Assembly (NCBI GenBank): GCA_013265495.1
Contig: MU057887.1
Coordinates: 4,119,668 to 4,183,667 of the forward strand
Reading direction: 5' to 3'
Length of the DNA: 64,000 nt
From: Vicugna vicugna
Taxonomy: Eukaryota
Shown piece after piece: positions 33,301 through 49,490 of the stretch; position 1 is the stretch's first letter; each line of letters begins with the position of its first letter. The position numbers and the translations under genes are program-made. The notes beneath the pieces were generated by a model. It searched no databases. It saw nothing but the letters and a program-made list of their open reading frames with translations, and had not been told where the DNA came from.

Positions 33301-36300
33301 GTTGCAGCAGTTGCCATGCAGCAGGGCCTTGCCGTACAGGCTGAGGCTGGCCTCGTCTTCAGGGTCATAGCCATGAGACTCCTCGTCCAAAGCAACAAAG
33401 AAAGCGGCGCGCTCGATGGCATCCAGCGCGGCCTTGTTCTTGCCAGAGCTGAAGAAGGCCTGGCGCGCCTGCGCCCACTCCACCCTGAGAGCATGAGGGC
33501 AGAGAGCAGTGGGGTCACTGTGGGCTTGAGGGCACCTCCTGTGACCTGGCAGGGCCTGGAGCTGGGGTGAGATGGGGCTACCGGGCTGTTCTGTATGGGT
33601 CCCACTCTCCATACCCACCTAGTCACCTCCAGACAGTCACAGCAGCCACCCCGCCACCGTTACCACAAGCACCCCTCACAGCCGCAGGCCCTTGTTTACA
33701 CAGGACGTTGGGGCCACCACGCCCTCCCTTGGTCATGCCTCCGGCCCTGAGTTCCAGGATGGCAGGCAGGGCCGAACTCCTCTCCTCACAGCAGCCCAAA
33801 CCTCAGCCAGGACCATCCCTGCCTGCAGGTCCCAGTACCTTCCCCCAGCAGTGAGGGCCGCCAGTCTCTCCTCCCCAGGCTGAGGTGGGGAGGGGTCGTC
33901 CAGGATCCTCTGGAACTGCATCTCCAGGTCTCGAGGCTTGAGCAGGTGGGAGCCTTCGTAGAGCCACACCTTGAAGAAGCGGCCCTTGTGGTAGACGACA
34001 ACATGCCTGCTGTCCGTGAGGTGCTGCAGCATGTCTGCGACAGGCCAGTGGGTGGGCTGAGGCAGGAAGGCAGGGAGCACCCTCCTCCTGCCGCCACTCC
34101 ACCCTGCACCGGCCCACCAGCCTCGCACTCAGTGGCCCGTGTAGACCCTGCTGTGTCAGGCCTCCTGGCCTCCTTCCCCGGAGGAATCTGCTGGCACTAA
34201 GCCAGGCTCTGGGCTGGGAGCTTCCGTATTTCTCATTTAATGCCAACAGCAGTCCTGTGAGGCATTTCACAGAAGAGGAAACCAAAACTCTAGGAAATAA
34301 CACAGGCTGTCCCAGCATCAGACATGCGGTCTGCAGCTCAGCCTGCCTGGGACGAGCCCACCCCTCCTCCCCACAGGCTCCTGGAAGGGCAGGCCCAGCC
34401 AGGGCAGTGGCAGGCCTCCTGCTGCTCTTCACCCCAGCCTACCTTCCCCGCACTGGGAGCCTCTGCAGGGAAGGGGCTCTGTTCAGGGCCTCTCGGGGTC
34501 CTGGCACCGGCCCTGTGCCTCTAAATAGTATGTATCTACTATTGGTCAAAAACTGACTTTTTTGCAGTTACACGACCCCGAGAAATCGAGGATGCCTGGT
34601 GACCAGCAGGCAGTAGGGCACCTAGCCCTGGTGGGCCCACAGCTGGGAGGGAGGGGCTCCATCCCAAGGGCTCCCCACAGGTGCCTGGCCACGGTCGTAC
34701 CTGCGTCCTTCCCTGGGATCCGGGTGGTGTTGAACATCCTCTCCATCTGGTAGGAGCACATGGGCACGATGCCAAGTGCCATCACCTGGGAGGAAGGCCC
34801 AGCTCAGACCCCGGCCTCCTCTCCGGGCCACACCCTCAACCCAATCCGACTCACAGGCTTGATCTCTTCACGGTCCAGTTTACGGCGATACATGATCATG
34901 GCGTGGACGGCGTTTCCCAGGCGGGCCGCCTGCACGTCTGTGTTCTTGACAAGCACTAAGTCCTACAGTGACAGAGCAGGGCCTGCAGGGTGGCTGTGAC
35001 AGGGGTGCACAGTGGCACCTCTCTGTCCCCTTTCCGCAGTCTGTCCTGCACACCCTGTGAGAGTGAACTGCCAGAGATGAAAGGCACAGCTGATCACGTC
35101 ACCCCCCGCCCCAGCTTCAGCCTGAGTTGCTTTTCTAAACCCGGTGTGTTTGTTAATGTTTTGTTTATTTTCCTTTGAGAAAGGCGTTCCATTACTACAA
35201 AATAGCTTAAAGCCTCTGGTGGACAAAGTACGGGTAGGTTTCTGGAAGGGCAGCTTTGTGGAGGAGGGGAAGGCCAGCACGCAACTGAAAATGGGCTCTA
35301 GAAGCAGGAGTGGAAGGAGGTGTGGAGGCCTGTGGCTGGGCAGCAGGGAGGCCCAGCTGGTTGCGCACAGCCTTACACTGGGAGCAGGAGAAAGCCTGTC
35401 ACATGGGGCAGGGACCAACAGGGACCTCCTGAGCTCTGAGAAGCAGCCCTGTGTTTGTACAGTGACACGGAGACGTTGCTTAAGGAAGTTTCCTAGTAAT
35501 GACGTCAGGACAGCTGGGAAGCCGTGACTGGAAAGCCAGCGAGGGAAGCAAGGAAGGGAGGGACAGAGCCTGGGCTGGGCATCGCTGTGAGCCTGAGTTG
35601 CTCTGGGAGTGACAGTGTCAGGCTTTGGAGTCTACTGGGTTCTCCACATCCTCAGTACCGCCGTCATCTGTAAGCTGCTTTCTGAGTATTCTTCCAGGAT
35701 ATGCCCCGCTCCATCTCCCCTTTCTTTCAGGCCTCATCCCAGGACCCCTACTTGCCCACAGAAACCACCACCAGGGCTCTGGGATGTCCTCCAGTTCCTC
35801 TGCCCTGAGACCAGGGCTGTGGACAGAGCTGAGTACACAGGAGCCCCACTTCTTACCATGACGTAATAGTTGCTGTTCACCATGAGGGGGGTCCTGCCTC
35901 GAAGGTAGACATACTCCTCCCACCAGTCACTCACCTGTGGGTGGGTGGGAGGTTAGAGCTGGGTCGGAGTGGGGTTGTGGGCAGCCAGGACCCAGGGTGG
36001 GTGAGGGTCAGCCCATGAGGTGGAACTCACATAGTTAGTTGCCCACCACGACTTGAGTACCAGGTACTTCTGCAGCCTGGGGGCAGTCTTCTCCTGGAAT
36101 TCCTTGGCCAGCACCTCCATTCGGCAATATTCCTCATCATCCAGTAAGTGTTGCACAGACTCTAGGTACTGTCCAGCCAAGTCATTGTCCGTGTGAGGGT
36201 CAGTCAGCAACACTTGCCTCAGTCCTGACCCTCTTCCAGCCCCAGCCCCAGTGCTCCCTCTCAAGCCCACTCTTTGCAGGGGACAGTCCCTCGTGTTTGG

Positions 36301-37790
36301 ACAAGTCCTCTGAGTTCAACCTGCCCTGCCCACTGGGGTGCCTGACCAGGCCCTCACCCGATGAACTGTGGCTGGCACGCTGGGCACGGGAAGCTTGGGC
36401 AGAGAAGCCTGGAAGCTGTAGAGCATGGGTCGCCGACTGGATAGAAGGCGGACACAGATCTGGGGGTACAGAGCCGAGAATGTCAAAGTGGAAGCTGGAG
36501 GAAAGAATGGAAACTAGCAACCACTTGAGAAGCTGCCCCAGACTCTCGGAACCAGGACAAACCCTGCCAGCCACCAGTGCCCTGCCTGGCTGTCCCCTCC
36601 AGCTCAGAACCCAAAGTGAGGCCCTGGGCGGTCTCAAACCAGATGCCTGAACCCCTCCGCCAGCTTCTGCTCACAGCCCAGACTTTGGTGAAGCAGCTGG
36701 TCTTGCCATGCATCTCAAACATCCAACCGTGGTAGGACAGCAGCAGTTTCAGGGTTTGGCGGAAGAAGAAGATGCCCATCATCCAGACCCCCGTGGAGAA
36801 GACAGCCATGCTGAGAAGTGCTCGGGTCTGTGGGGTCCGGTAGGGGCCACATCTGTCAGAGAAGGGGAGGGGACTGCAGGGGGTCCACTCAAGAACAGCC
36901 CTGGGGAAATTCTGATTCTGCTGTCCTGATGGATGTGAGCCATCTCACGGGAGGCGCCAAGGAGAAAAGCCTCCCTGGACTCACATCTGAGCCGCTGAGT
37001 GCATCACACGTGAACTTACAGAAGTGGGACCGAGATGATGGTTGCCCTCAGGTGAGGGCTGCCCCATGACCTCCCGTGGCTGTGGTCCCATATCTGCCCA
37101 TCAGGAACCCTGACCATGGAGCCCACCCAATCCTCTCATGGCCTGGCTTCTTACCTTTCGGGAAGACATCTCTGGATATAACAGACTAGCCCTCTGGAGA
37201 TATCCACGTTGCAGTAGGAGGAACCCACTGTTGTTATGACGACAACCAGCCAGCTGGTGGGGCTGCCAGGATACACGCCCCTGAGGATGCCATTCTGTGG
37301 GCCAGAAACAAGCAAGCTCACAGAGCAAGGACTGGGATAAGCAGCGCCTATGAGGTCTGCCTGGTTTTACTCCTCCTTCATGTCTGGTGTCTCCCCTCCA
37401 CACTACCACACCTGCAGCACCTGGTTACTCAGTGTCCCACTGCCACTTCCTGTACACCTGTCTCCCCTCCACACCTTGAGCACCCCTCTGGTTTCTGCAC
37501 TGCTGGAGCCTGTCACCCACCAGAACTGCCAACCAAGGTGGGGGTGGAGGACCCCGAAATGGGCAGTGGCTCACACCTGGCTCCTGCATCCCTGGAAGGC
37601 TCTATTCTGCACCTGCTGGGAGGAACAGACCAGAACCACCTGCGCCAACCTTGATGCGAATCAGGCGTTTCTTCCAGGAGTTGATGCCGGACAGGTAGAT
37701 CTGTTTCAGGGCCTCCCGACTGAGCCGGAAGTCGACCCCTTCTGGGGTCACGGTGAACTGGAAGGCCACAGCCTGGTGTGCTTCCGCCAT
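30394..37790 (-). CDS. CPT1B: Carnitine palmitoyltransferase 1B, muscle type (772 aa, 18 coding exons)
   Basis: Exons 37790-37650, 37294-37155, 36852-36675, 36459-36358, 36168-36031, 35934-35857, 34962-34855, 34785-34701, 34034-33839, 33484-33299, 33218-33113, 33016-32900, 32472-32308, 32233-32099, 32003-31851, 31286-31173, 30709-30617, 30477-30394; all GT-AG; total 2319 nt. Starts [12 protein letters not shown]; catalytic [21 protein letters not shown] and LSTSQ motifs present. Confidence 0.98.
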
Positions 37791-38262
37791 CCTGGGGGTT
37801 GGTGGGCACCTGGGAGGCGGCAGGAGGGTGCGCGGGCGGGCTCATCCAGCCCCCGCTGAAGCCCCCCCCACCCCCGCCGCTGTCTACGGCCCTGCCTGCC
37901 CCTCACCCCGCTGAGCCAGGTCATCGGCCAGCCCCAGCAGCCGAGGCCCCACCCTTGGACCCTGAGCTTGGCCAACTGCCGCAGAATCTTCATGCAGTGG
38001 TGCAGGGGTCAGGGAGGGGTTCAGGGCCATGAAAACTTAAGGAGTCCTGAGAACAGTGAAAAGTAGCCTGGGGGTGGGGGCAAGAGGAGTACCGGAATAG
38101 GAGCTGATCTGGTCTCGAGTGAGGCGGGGCCTGGGTATCCCTAGCCCCACCACGTGGGACCCTGGCACCATCCTTGACACCCCCCTCCTCCCCACACCCT
38201 CCCCTCCGCACCCCAGCGCTGGCCCAGGCCAGCGGCCCTGTACCACCCCCAACTCCACTCAC

Positions 38263-38310
38263 GGCTTGAGTTTGCTCCTGTCTGCTTGTGGGGCCAGTAG
38301 CTCTGGCCCG
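38263..38310 (-). other. CPT1B: Probable non-coding first exon of CPT1B (5' end uncertain)
   Basis: Donor gcc|gtgagt at 38263/38262; the first coding exon has acceptor cccag| at 37809, 19 nt before the ATG. Confidence 0.5.
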
Positions 38311-38520
38311 TGTCCCCACGTCCTTCAGGCCTGGCCACCTCTGCCCCGCCCTCACCAGGAACCTGATATCCACTCCCAAATTTGGGTTGAGAGAACAGAT
38401 GTGGGGCGGCAGCCAGAATCTACCCCCCTTGGTGGTGGGAATCAGGAGTGGGGGGCTGGGTTTCTGCAAGCTGAATATTGCTCAAAGGTCTGGGAACCTG
38501 GTGGGGGGCCCAACAGGTCT

Positions 38521-38575
38521 CACGTGAGGATGGTGGCAATAGAGCTAAAAATAGCCCAATGTAGGGAAAAGGTCA
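38521..38575. promoter_or_regulatory. CPT1B muscle and fatty-acid response module: E-box, MEF2 site and DR1 PPRE
   Basis: CACGTG 38521-38526; perfect MEF2 consensus CTAAAAATAG 38545-38554; DR1 AGGGAA-A-AGGTCA 38563-38575. Matches the known PPAR/MEF2 control of CPT1B. Confidence 0.88.
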
Positions 38576-38916
38576 TCAGTGTGTCAGCTGTGCCTTCTGT
38601 TCCCTGATCTCCAGTGCTCAGGGTTGGGCATGCCCACCCAAGGGCCCTCTTTGTAATCCATTTCTCCCCAGGCCCCCACCCAAGTCCTCCTAGAATTTGT
38701 CACTCCTAAGCTGGAGCCAGGGAGGGGGAGAGCAGGGGCTCCAACTGGCAGAATGAACCCGTAACCACTTTCAAGCCCAGATCACCCAACAGCCATGCTT
38801 TTCAGGAGAGGAAACAGGCTCCACGCAGTGGTCACTTTGTTAATCTGTGTGCACTCTTTGGTTGGTACTTTGTGCTGTACTGAGTAGGGCTGGGAGAGTG
38901 TGAAGGAAGAAGCTAG

Positions 38917-38922
38917 TTTATT
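38917..38922 (-). terminator. CHKB polyadenylation signal AATAAA
   Basis: tttatt on + strand, ~175 nt after the CHKB stop. Confidence 0.8.
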
Positions 38923-39094
38923 GTCTTAAGGTACACAGCTGTCCAGTTGCCTGCAGTGGGACCACCAAGGAGTCAGCCTCTTTAACCCCAGTCTCACTCA
39001 GGGGCTCAGCCCAATCCCCAGGGCCTCCCTTTTGTCCCTCCAAGGTCCTGCCCTGGAGGCTCTGGGAGAAATCCAAGGAGTTGGGGGTGGAGAG

Positions 39095-42234
<3,140 letters not shown>

Positions 42235-43149
42235 GGCGCGGGCTCAGCCGGGCCCAACACCTTGCCGCGCTCGGCTCCTTCCGGTTGCGCTCGGCTCCGC
42301 TTCCGGCCAGCCTACGCTTCTCGGGTCGTACTCGGGTCTCTCAGGCTCTATTCGGCTCTTTGCGACTCTGCTCTGCTCTCTAGGAGACCCTGTTCCGGGT
42401 GCTATTTCCGAAGGCTGTGTCCCGCCCCGCTTGGAGAGAAGACCAATGGCCTCTCTCTATGGGTGGGGCCACTCGAAAGACACGTCGCTGTTTGGACTGT
42501 AACCCGGAAACAGGAAATAGTGCAGTCCAATCAGAAGCGCCGTGAGCGGTCAGGCTCGCGGCACAGCCCCGTGTCACGTGGGCGGGTGGCCGGTCCGCTG
42601 CCGGGTGTCCGGGGGGAAATGCCGGTGAGGCAAAGTGGGCCTTCGCCAGGGTCGCGGAGCGGACTGGACAACGCAGGCAGGGCGGCAGAAGCCCTGTCAC
42701 TGGACAGATTTGGCCCCCGGAACAGTCGGAAGGAAGACTGTTGAGTGTGTGGCGAGTCCTGAGTGTGAGTGACACCGGGGAGGGGAGAGTGTGTGTGACT
42801 CACATCTAGGGGTGGAGAATGTAGGTGCCAGATTTGTTGATGAGTAACCTTAAATCCCGAATCACCGCTGAGACTCCCTTGCCAGTTGAAGCGCACCTCT
42901 GAGAGGAGGCTCTTGTTACCCTGCTTGAAACTAATGTCTCCAAGCCCCAGTCCACTACCCTTCTGGCCTCCAGACATAAAATCTGTTACAAAATCTACTC
43001 AGGAGGAGAGGCTCACACCCTGGAGCTGACCCCTGGGGCTGCTTCACGTCTCTTCCCACTGGGGCAGTGTGAAATGCCTCCTTGCGTTTCTTCTGCTTCA
43101 AGCTGGAGTGGCAACCAGGAAGACTTGACCCACGGGCATCTCAGTGTTC

Positions 43150-46100
43150 TTTGGGGTAAAACAGATGGGCAGCTGACGAGTGGTGTTTGATTTGAATAAT
43201 AAGAAAGAAACCAACTATTAGTGATCAGAAGGTGAAAGTCAGTTGCTGCAGCAGAAAATCATGATTGCTCATTCTTTACTTAAATTTGAGCCAGTTCTGA
43301 GACCTGGACTGGAGCCCACTGGTTGAAAGGGAGGCTTGATCCCCTACAGAAAGGATCCTGCAATGCCACCATAAGCACATAAAAAATATTTCTCCAGTCC
43401 TTCCCCAAGGGACCTATTGCCTCTTGACAAAGGAAGGAATTTAACTTTGAAAAAGAGACTACCCAGATCTTTCAAGGGCTGTTAGGTGTAAGATATGAAC
43501 TGATGGTGTGTGCCAGGGTGCATGAAGCCACTGGTTTGGGTAGGGGCTATGGAAGTCAGATGATAAATGGAGTCCTGACCCAAGTCTTGTGGTCACTTCT
43601 CTGGTCCCAGTGCATACTTTGGATAATTATACCCAGCAGTGGGCAGAGCCTGCATATTGCTCCCTGACTTGTGGAATAAAAATCATAGCAGGAAGCGTGG
43701 GAGCCTCTGAAGCTCCCATCCCCTCCAACAGTGGGATCCAGGTGGGGTTGCAGAGACTGCTCACTTACAAAGATATAAATCCCCGTTATTTCCTCTTCAG
43801 TTCACCTGTATGGCCCTTGCAAAATCCAGATGGATTCAAGAAAATGATGGTGGACTGCCACAAACTTAGCTAAATAGCACCCCAGTCAGCAGCTGTGTCA
43901 GTTGAGACATCTGTACTGAAACTGATAATGCACTTCTGACACTTGATAATGCAATGGATGTGAACATGCTTTTCAGTTTCCAGTAGTAAAGTACATTTCC
44001 AAGAGCAGTTTACTTTCATGTGGGGAGGACAGCCAAACATACACATTGTCTTGTTTCAAGGCTGTTTTAACTTGTGCCTTCTGTCGCAGTGCACTCCACT
44101 GAGACCTTGAACACCTGGACATTCTGCATAACATTGATGACATCATGCTAACTGGACACGGTGAAGAAGGAAATGACAAATCACTGTCCCAGGTAAGACA
44201 GTGCATGTTGGAGGATGAGAGATAAACCCTCAGAAGTTCTGGAGCCTGTCATCAGTGAAGTTTCCAGGGGTACAATGTTGTAGGGCAAAGCAGGGCACCA
44301 CCTCTAAGGTAAGGACACATGATTGCCTCTTGCATCCCTATCATGAAGAACGAGGCCTATAACTTGATGCACCTCTGGATTTTGGGGTCAGCATGTACCA
44401 CACTCAGCAGTGCTGTTCTGACCCATTTATTGGGTGACTTGGAAGACTGCCAGTTTTGAATGGGGCGGAGAGAAAAGGAAGGCTCTGGTGAAGATCCTGA
44501 TTGGAGGATGGGTTCCCCTGCCACATGGCAGAACCAGTGGGTTACGGTGGGCTCATTTGTGGTAAATAGGGACCCTGTGTGGCACCTTTGGCAGGTTCCA
44601 ACAGGAGATTTGCAGTGCAGACACTGGGATTCTGAAGCAAGACCATGCCTGCTGCAATGAAGAACTACTCAGCAATGGAAAGCAGCTTCTGGCACAAGAC
44701 TGGTCCCAAATAGAGACTGCCTGCCTGATTATGGGGCATCAAATGACCCTGTGACCACATCTGCCTGTCCTGAGCTAGGTATTGGCAGGTCCACCAAACA
44801 AATAGGTTAAGCAGGCTCAGTAGCAATTCACTGCACAATGAAACAGGATTAGACCTGAGCCTGTCCAGAGAGCACTGGTCATTTGTAGAGGCTACTGTGG
44901 CCCCCACATTGCCTACTTTGTTGTACCAATGCTTCTCTCTTAGCAGACAGCAAGAAAAATTTAGGTCTGGCTCACAGATGGGTCAGCTTGATGTGCTGAT
45001 AAGAGCTGAAAATGAACTGCTGCTGCACTACCATCCATTCAGGGTGGCTCTAAAGGACAGTAATGAGGACAATTCCTCCAGGGAGCAGAGCTTTAGGCAG
45101 CACACTTGGATACCCACTTTGTGGGGAAGAGCAGGGAGGAGTGGACAGAACAGGGGCCTAAGGAAGATGTGCACTGAACTTCTGGGTCGAGACAGATGTC
45201 TTGCTGCTTAGTCAGGGATCTGGGAAGAGCAGGAGGGGAATATTGGAGACAGGGAGGTCTGGGAAAGAAGAGGGACCTATAGGAGTGGTCACAAGTGTGT
45301 GCATCTTTGTGCCTCATGTTAATACCCATTGCAAAGAGGTCACTGAGCAGCAAAGTGAATGGATGCAGCCAGCTTCTGTCCTTGGCTACCCTTATGCTTG
45401 TAAGGTGGACCCATGAATGGAGTTGCCATGGTGGCAGTCTGTGCCCACCAACATGGACTCTCTTACCAAGGCTTATCTATCTGCCTATGAATCTTACTGC
45501 CTATGAATGTCTGACCTGTTAGCAGCCAAGATTAGTGCTGAGCTCCTGATATGGTACCATTCCTAGATGACTCAGGGACAGGTTGGTTACAGCAGATCCT
45601 TTCCACCCAGGAGAGATTCATCCTTGCTGGAATTGACACCTGCTCTGGATATGCGTTTGCCTTCCTTATCCACAAGGTCTCAGAGTAGCATCACTGTCAG
45701 GCAGCTGAGAGGATGCTCAGTTTACCAACACAAGATCATGTGTAGCATGTATATGTATATATGTGTAAATGTATAACCTCGGGCCAAGAAACTCATTTTA
45801 CGGTGAAGCGCACAACAATGTGTGGATTGCCACAGGACCACTGCTTCTCCAATATCCTGTGTTACCTACAAGCAGCCTGTCTCATGGAAAGAAGGAATGT
45901 CCTCACAAAGACTTAGCTAACGTCCCAGCTCTAGGGCAGTATCCGGAGAAGCTGGAGTATATACACAACTCAGAGCCTAGCGTATGGTTCCCCAGGAGAT
46001 AAAATACATGGATCCAGGAACAAAGTCACAAGTCCAAGAACCCAGGGGTTGGTATTAGCTGTCCCCCGCAATTGTTCTCAGTAATCCACTTGTACAAGTT

Positions 46101-46580
46101 GCACATTCTGTCTCTGCAACATTAAACCCTGCTGAATTAGACCTCCTGGCTCCCTGGTGGGGAGCACTTCCATGAGGGGACTTCCACTGATTCTAGGGGA
46201 GGACACCTCCACTGAACCTGAATCTGCAAATTCCAGCAGGTCATTTTGAGCTCCTCATGGAGAACCAGCAGGCAAAAGAGAAAGGGATAATAGATCCTGA
46301 TTATTATGAGTAGATAGGGTTGCTACTACTTCATAAGGCAGTCAGGAGTTGGTCTGGCCTGTAGAGTTCACCTGGTTCTGTCTGGTTGCTTCCATGCCAC
46401 GTGGTGACAGCAGCCACAGCCTGCCAAAGACAAGGCAACCAAGGGCTCAGAACCCTCAGGGATGAAGGTCTGAGTCATCCATCCAGGAAAGCCATATAGA
46501 CCAGCTGAAATGCTGGCTGGTGGTGAGGGAAATCTAGAGGAGGAGGTAACCAGTATCAGTTACAGCCTCAGGAACAGGTG
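43150..46580 (+). mobile_element. Highly degenerate ERVL-type internal region (pol fossil)
   Basis: Translated remnants: FSSPVWPLQNPDG...MMVDCHKL (RT N-terminus, ~43795-43870), HNIDDIMLTG (YIDD-like, 44127-44156), LAGIDTCSGYAFAF (integrase, ~45623-45665). Confidence 0.8.
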
Positions 46581-47120
46581 CAGCAGTGGGGACTCTGTTT
46601 GTTCTACTAACGCTCTTGTGTTAAGGCTTTTGTAAATGTGACCTTCGAGACTTTGGCTCAAAAAATCATGACAACATGGACTACACTTGGTGCCTGAGTA
46701 GATCTATTGGGTGCAAGGTCTGGTGTCTTGACTGATGCCTTCAGCACACCTTTAATTGCAATGGACTTACAGAGCTGCATCTCTGGCACCTGCTGTGTAT
46801 CTTTGCATTTTCTGCCCAGGCCTTCTCTGACACAGCAGGAGCCCACTTGGTCTGCTTACCAGCACAGTCTAGGTCCCTGGGGGCAACTTCAGGGACTGGA
46901 GACTGGCGTCGGTGGATGAGTAGTTGGACAATCCTAGGAGGCACTCTGTACACTTATCAGGAGGTCGTGGTGAAGTCAAGGTGCTGTTAGCCAGAGCAGA
47001 AACCTCAGGACCGTGCTATGTTTTGATTCCTCCGTTTCTGTCTCACTCTTCCCCTACTCCATTTATGTTTCCTGGAATCACTTCCTGAACAAACCACTTA
47101 TACCTAAGTCTTTGGGCCTG
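46580..47120 (+). mobile_element. ERVL-class LTR (LTR16-like), possibly the 3' LTR of the pol fossil
   Basis: 3' portion ttcctggaatcacttcctgaacaaaccacttatacctaagtc resembles the recalled LTR16 R/U5; lies directly after the internal region. Confidence 0.45.
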
Positions 47121-47127
47121 AAGTCAC

Positions 47128-47497
47128 TGTCACTGGGCTGAAATTGTTGTGTTGGTAAGGCTGCACTCTCTCTGGAGGCTCTAAGGGAGGATCCACTCCT
47201 TGCTGCTCTGGTAGATGCGGGCTTTACTTAGCATGTGTCTGCATCACTCGTCTCTGGCTCCATGGCCGTCATTGCTTCCATCTCTCCTGTCTGTGCAATC
47301 TCCCTCATTCTCTCTTATAAAGATGCTGCGATGGTATTTAGGGCCAACCTGGATAATCCAGGATAATCTCTTCATTGCAGAATCCTTGATTTAATCAAAT
47401 CTGCGCACATCCTTTTTCCAAATAGGGTAACACTTACAGGTTCCAAGCGTTAGAACATGGATATCTCTTGAGAGACCATTTTTTTCAGCCTACCAGA
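47128..47497 (-). mobile_element. MLT1-type MaLR LTR fragment
   Basis: tctggaggctctaagggaggatcc...tagggccaacctggataatccaggataatctc...cagcctacca is typical of MLT1. Confidence 0.75.
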
Positions 47498-47699
47498 GTC
47501 ACGAATTCTTCCTCTCACAGCTTTCAGCTTATCAATCCATTGTGTCCCAGTCCTTGAATATTGCAGTCAAACAGTTCTGAGCCCAGCCTAATTTTTCTCC
47601 TTGGACAGAATTTAATTTTTCTGACTAAATACTTGAAGAAGTATGGTATATGCATGAGGGAATGATTTATTTATTTATTCACTTAAAATGATAATAAGC

Positions 47700-48467
47700 C
47701 CTCGGATGTTAGCATAAATAACTATTTTATAAAATAAAAATTTGATGAGAATAGTGGCCTTCTCTTTACATTTTTGTAAGTTTCTTTATTGCCTGCTTAG
47801 TTGGAGACAGCTGGTCCCCATAGCTGCTTCTGCAGTCAGTCTCTTCCAATGTATTGTTTTAGTTGAAACATGAAGAAAATCCAGCCTCACTTAGATTTGT
47901 AGTTGGAAACCTTTTCAATTGGCTTTTTTAGATAAATGTGGATCTTTGTTGATAGTACACCAAGACTTGATGAGAGACAGTTTCTTAAAGGTTAGTTGCA
48001 GTTTGGACTTTGAAACCATATCAATGAACTTTTTCATGCTCTGTTGCATTAAAGTCCATTGGTCTGTCTTGCGTGTTGAGTGGGTCTTTTAGTCATTCAT
48101 AATTTTGAAGCATCATGCATTCGTTGGTCATTTGGATGATGCTGGTTCACTGAGTTATGTAGATCTTACAAATTTTGACAGATTTTATTATATATTTTAA
48201 AAATCACAATTGTTAATGCCACCACCAATCTAATCAGAAAAACATATAAATATTGGGAAACTTTAAGCTCATGATGATGGACACAGGTTTTCCAAAAACC
48301 TAATTTTTTCTTAAAAGCAAAAATGTTATCATTGGCAGCAAATACTATCAGTTGTTTTCCTTGAAGTAACATGCCCACTTTATTCATTTTGGAGAGTGTT
48401 TGCCAAATACCCAAGTCAGAATAACCATTATTTGTCAGTTTTCTTTCAAATAAAAATAGTTTCATGG
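47700..48467 (-). mobile_element. Charlie1-like hAT DNA transposon, left part
   Basis: Minus-strand peptide LTNNGYSDLGIWQTLSKMNKVGMLLQGKQL...NIFAFKKKLGFWK resembles a frameshifted Charlie transposase; continues at 56356. Confidence 0.7.
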
Positions 48468-49356
48468 AGTGATGTCAGCAAGAAGGCAGAGGGAGAAATT
48501 CCCTGTCTCTCCTCTTCAATTTACAGCCAATAAAACATTCACAATGCCAAAAAAGTTACCTCTGTCCAGCACACCAGGATGCTGGAGAATTCTACACTTC
48601 TGTGCATCTAAAGGTGGATGGACTAGAACCCTTAGAGGTGGTGGAGCTGGGGGAATAGTGGAGGCAGTGCCTATAATCCTGGATTCCCAGCTGCAGCAGC
48701 TGAGCCTGCAGCCTCAGATAACTTGGTAGTAGCAGGGGAGGTGGCACACACAGCTCCATACTCCCAGTGACAGTGGCAGTCACAGGTAACTAGCAGCAGT
48801 GGCAGTGAAGCCTAGGATTCCATGTCTTCAGCTTCAGAGGTGCCCATGACTCTACCTGCAGCATTCCCCCTACCTGAACCAGCAGATCCTGTGAACCATA
48901 CAACAGACATGGCAGAGACAGCTGTGCAACACTGGCTACTTCCCACCTAATCCCTCCCCAGTGATGGCAGAGCTGGAGCCCAGGGGATCCCAGACCCAAT
49001 GGAAGAGCCCACTATCCTGGTGCCCAAGGCAGCAACACCAGCAACACTGGCAGCAGCAAGGTACCAGTCACACCAGGGCTACAAGAAGCAATAACGAGGG
49101 CACAGGGGTGATGCTCCTGACAGAGGTGGCGGTGGGTAGAAAGTACTGACTCTCAAACATAGCCAGAGGCAGTTCAGAATCAAACAGAAAGGTGGTCATT
49201 ACTTCAGATGCGCCAGCAAAGAAACAACTCATCAAGCGCTATGAAGAACCACAGTAACATGGTATTACAAAAATAAAATGATAATTCTCCAGAAACCAAA
49301 TTTAAAGGCATGGAATACTGTGATCTACCTGATAGAGCATTCAAAGTAGCGGTCCC

Positions 49357-49490
49357 GGTGAAAGAGAATGTGACAATTAATATATGTATGTTCATGTATA
49401 ACTGAAAAATTGTGCTCTATACTGGAAATTGGGACAACATTGTAAACTGACAATAACTCAATAAAAAAAATAAATAAAAACTAAGAAAAA
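49357..49490 (+). mobile_element. Short L1 3'-tail insertion inside ORF1 of the older L1
   Basis: aatgtgacaat...gactgaaaaattgtgct-like sequence similar to 55318-55420, with an A-rich tail. Confidence 0.7.
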
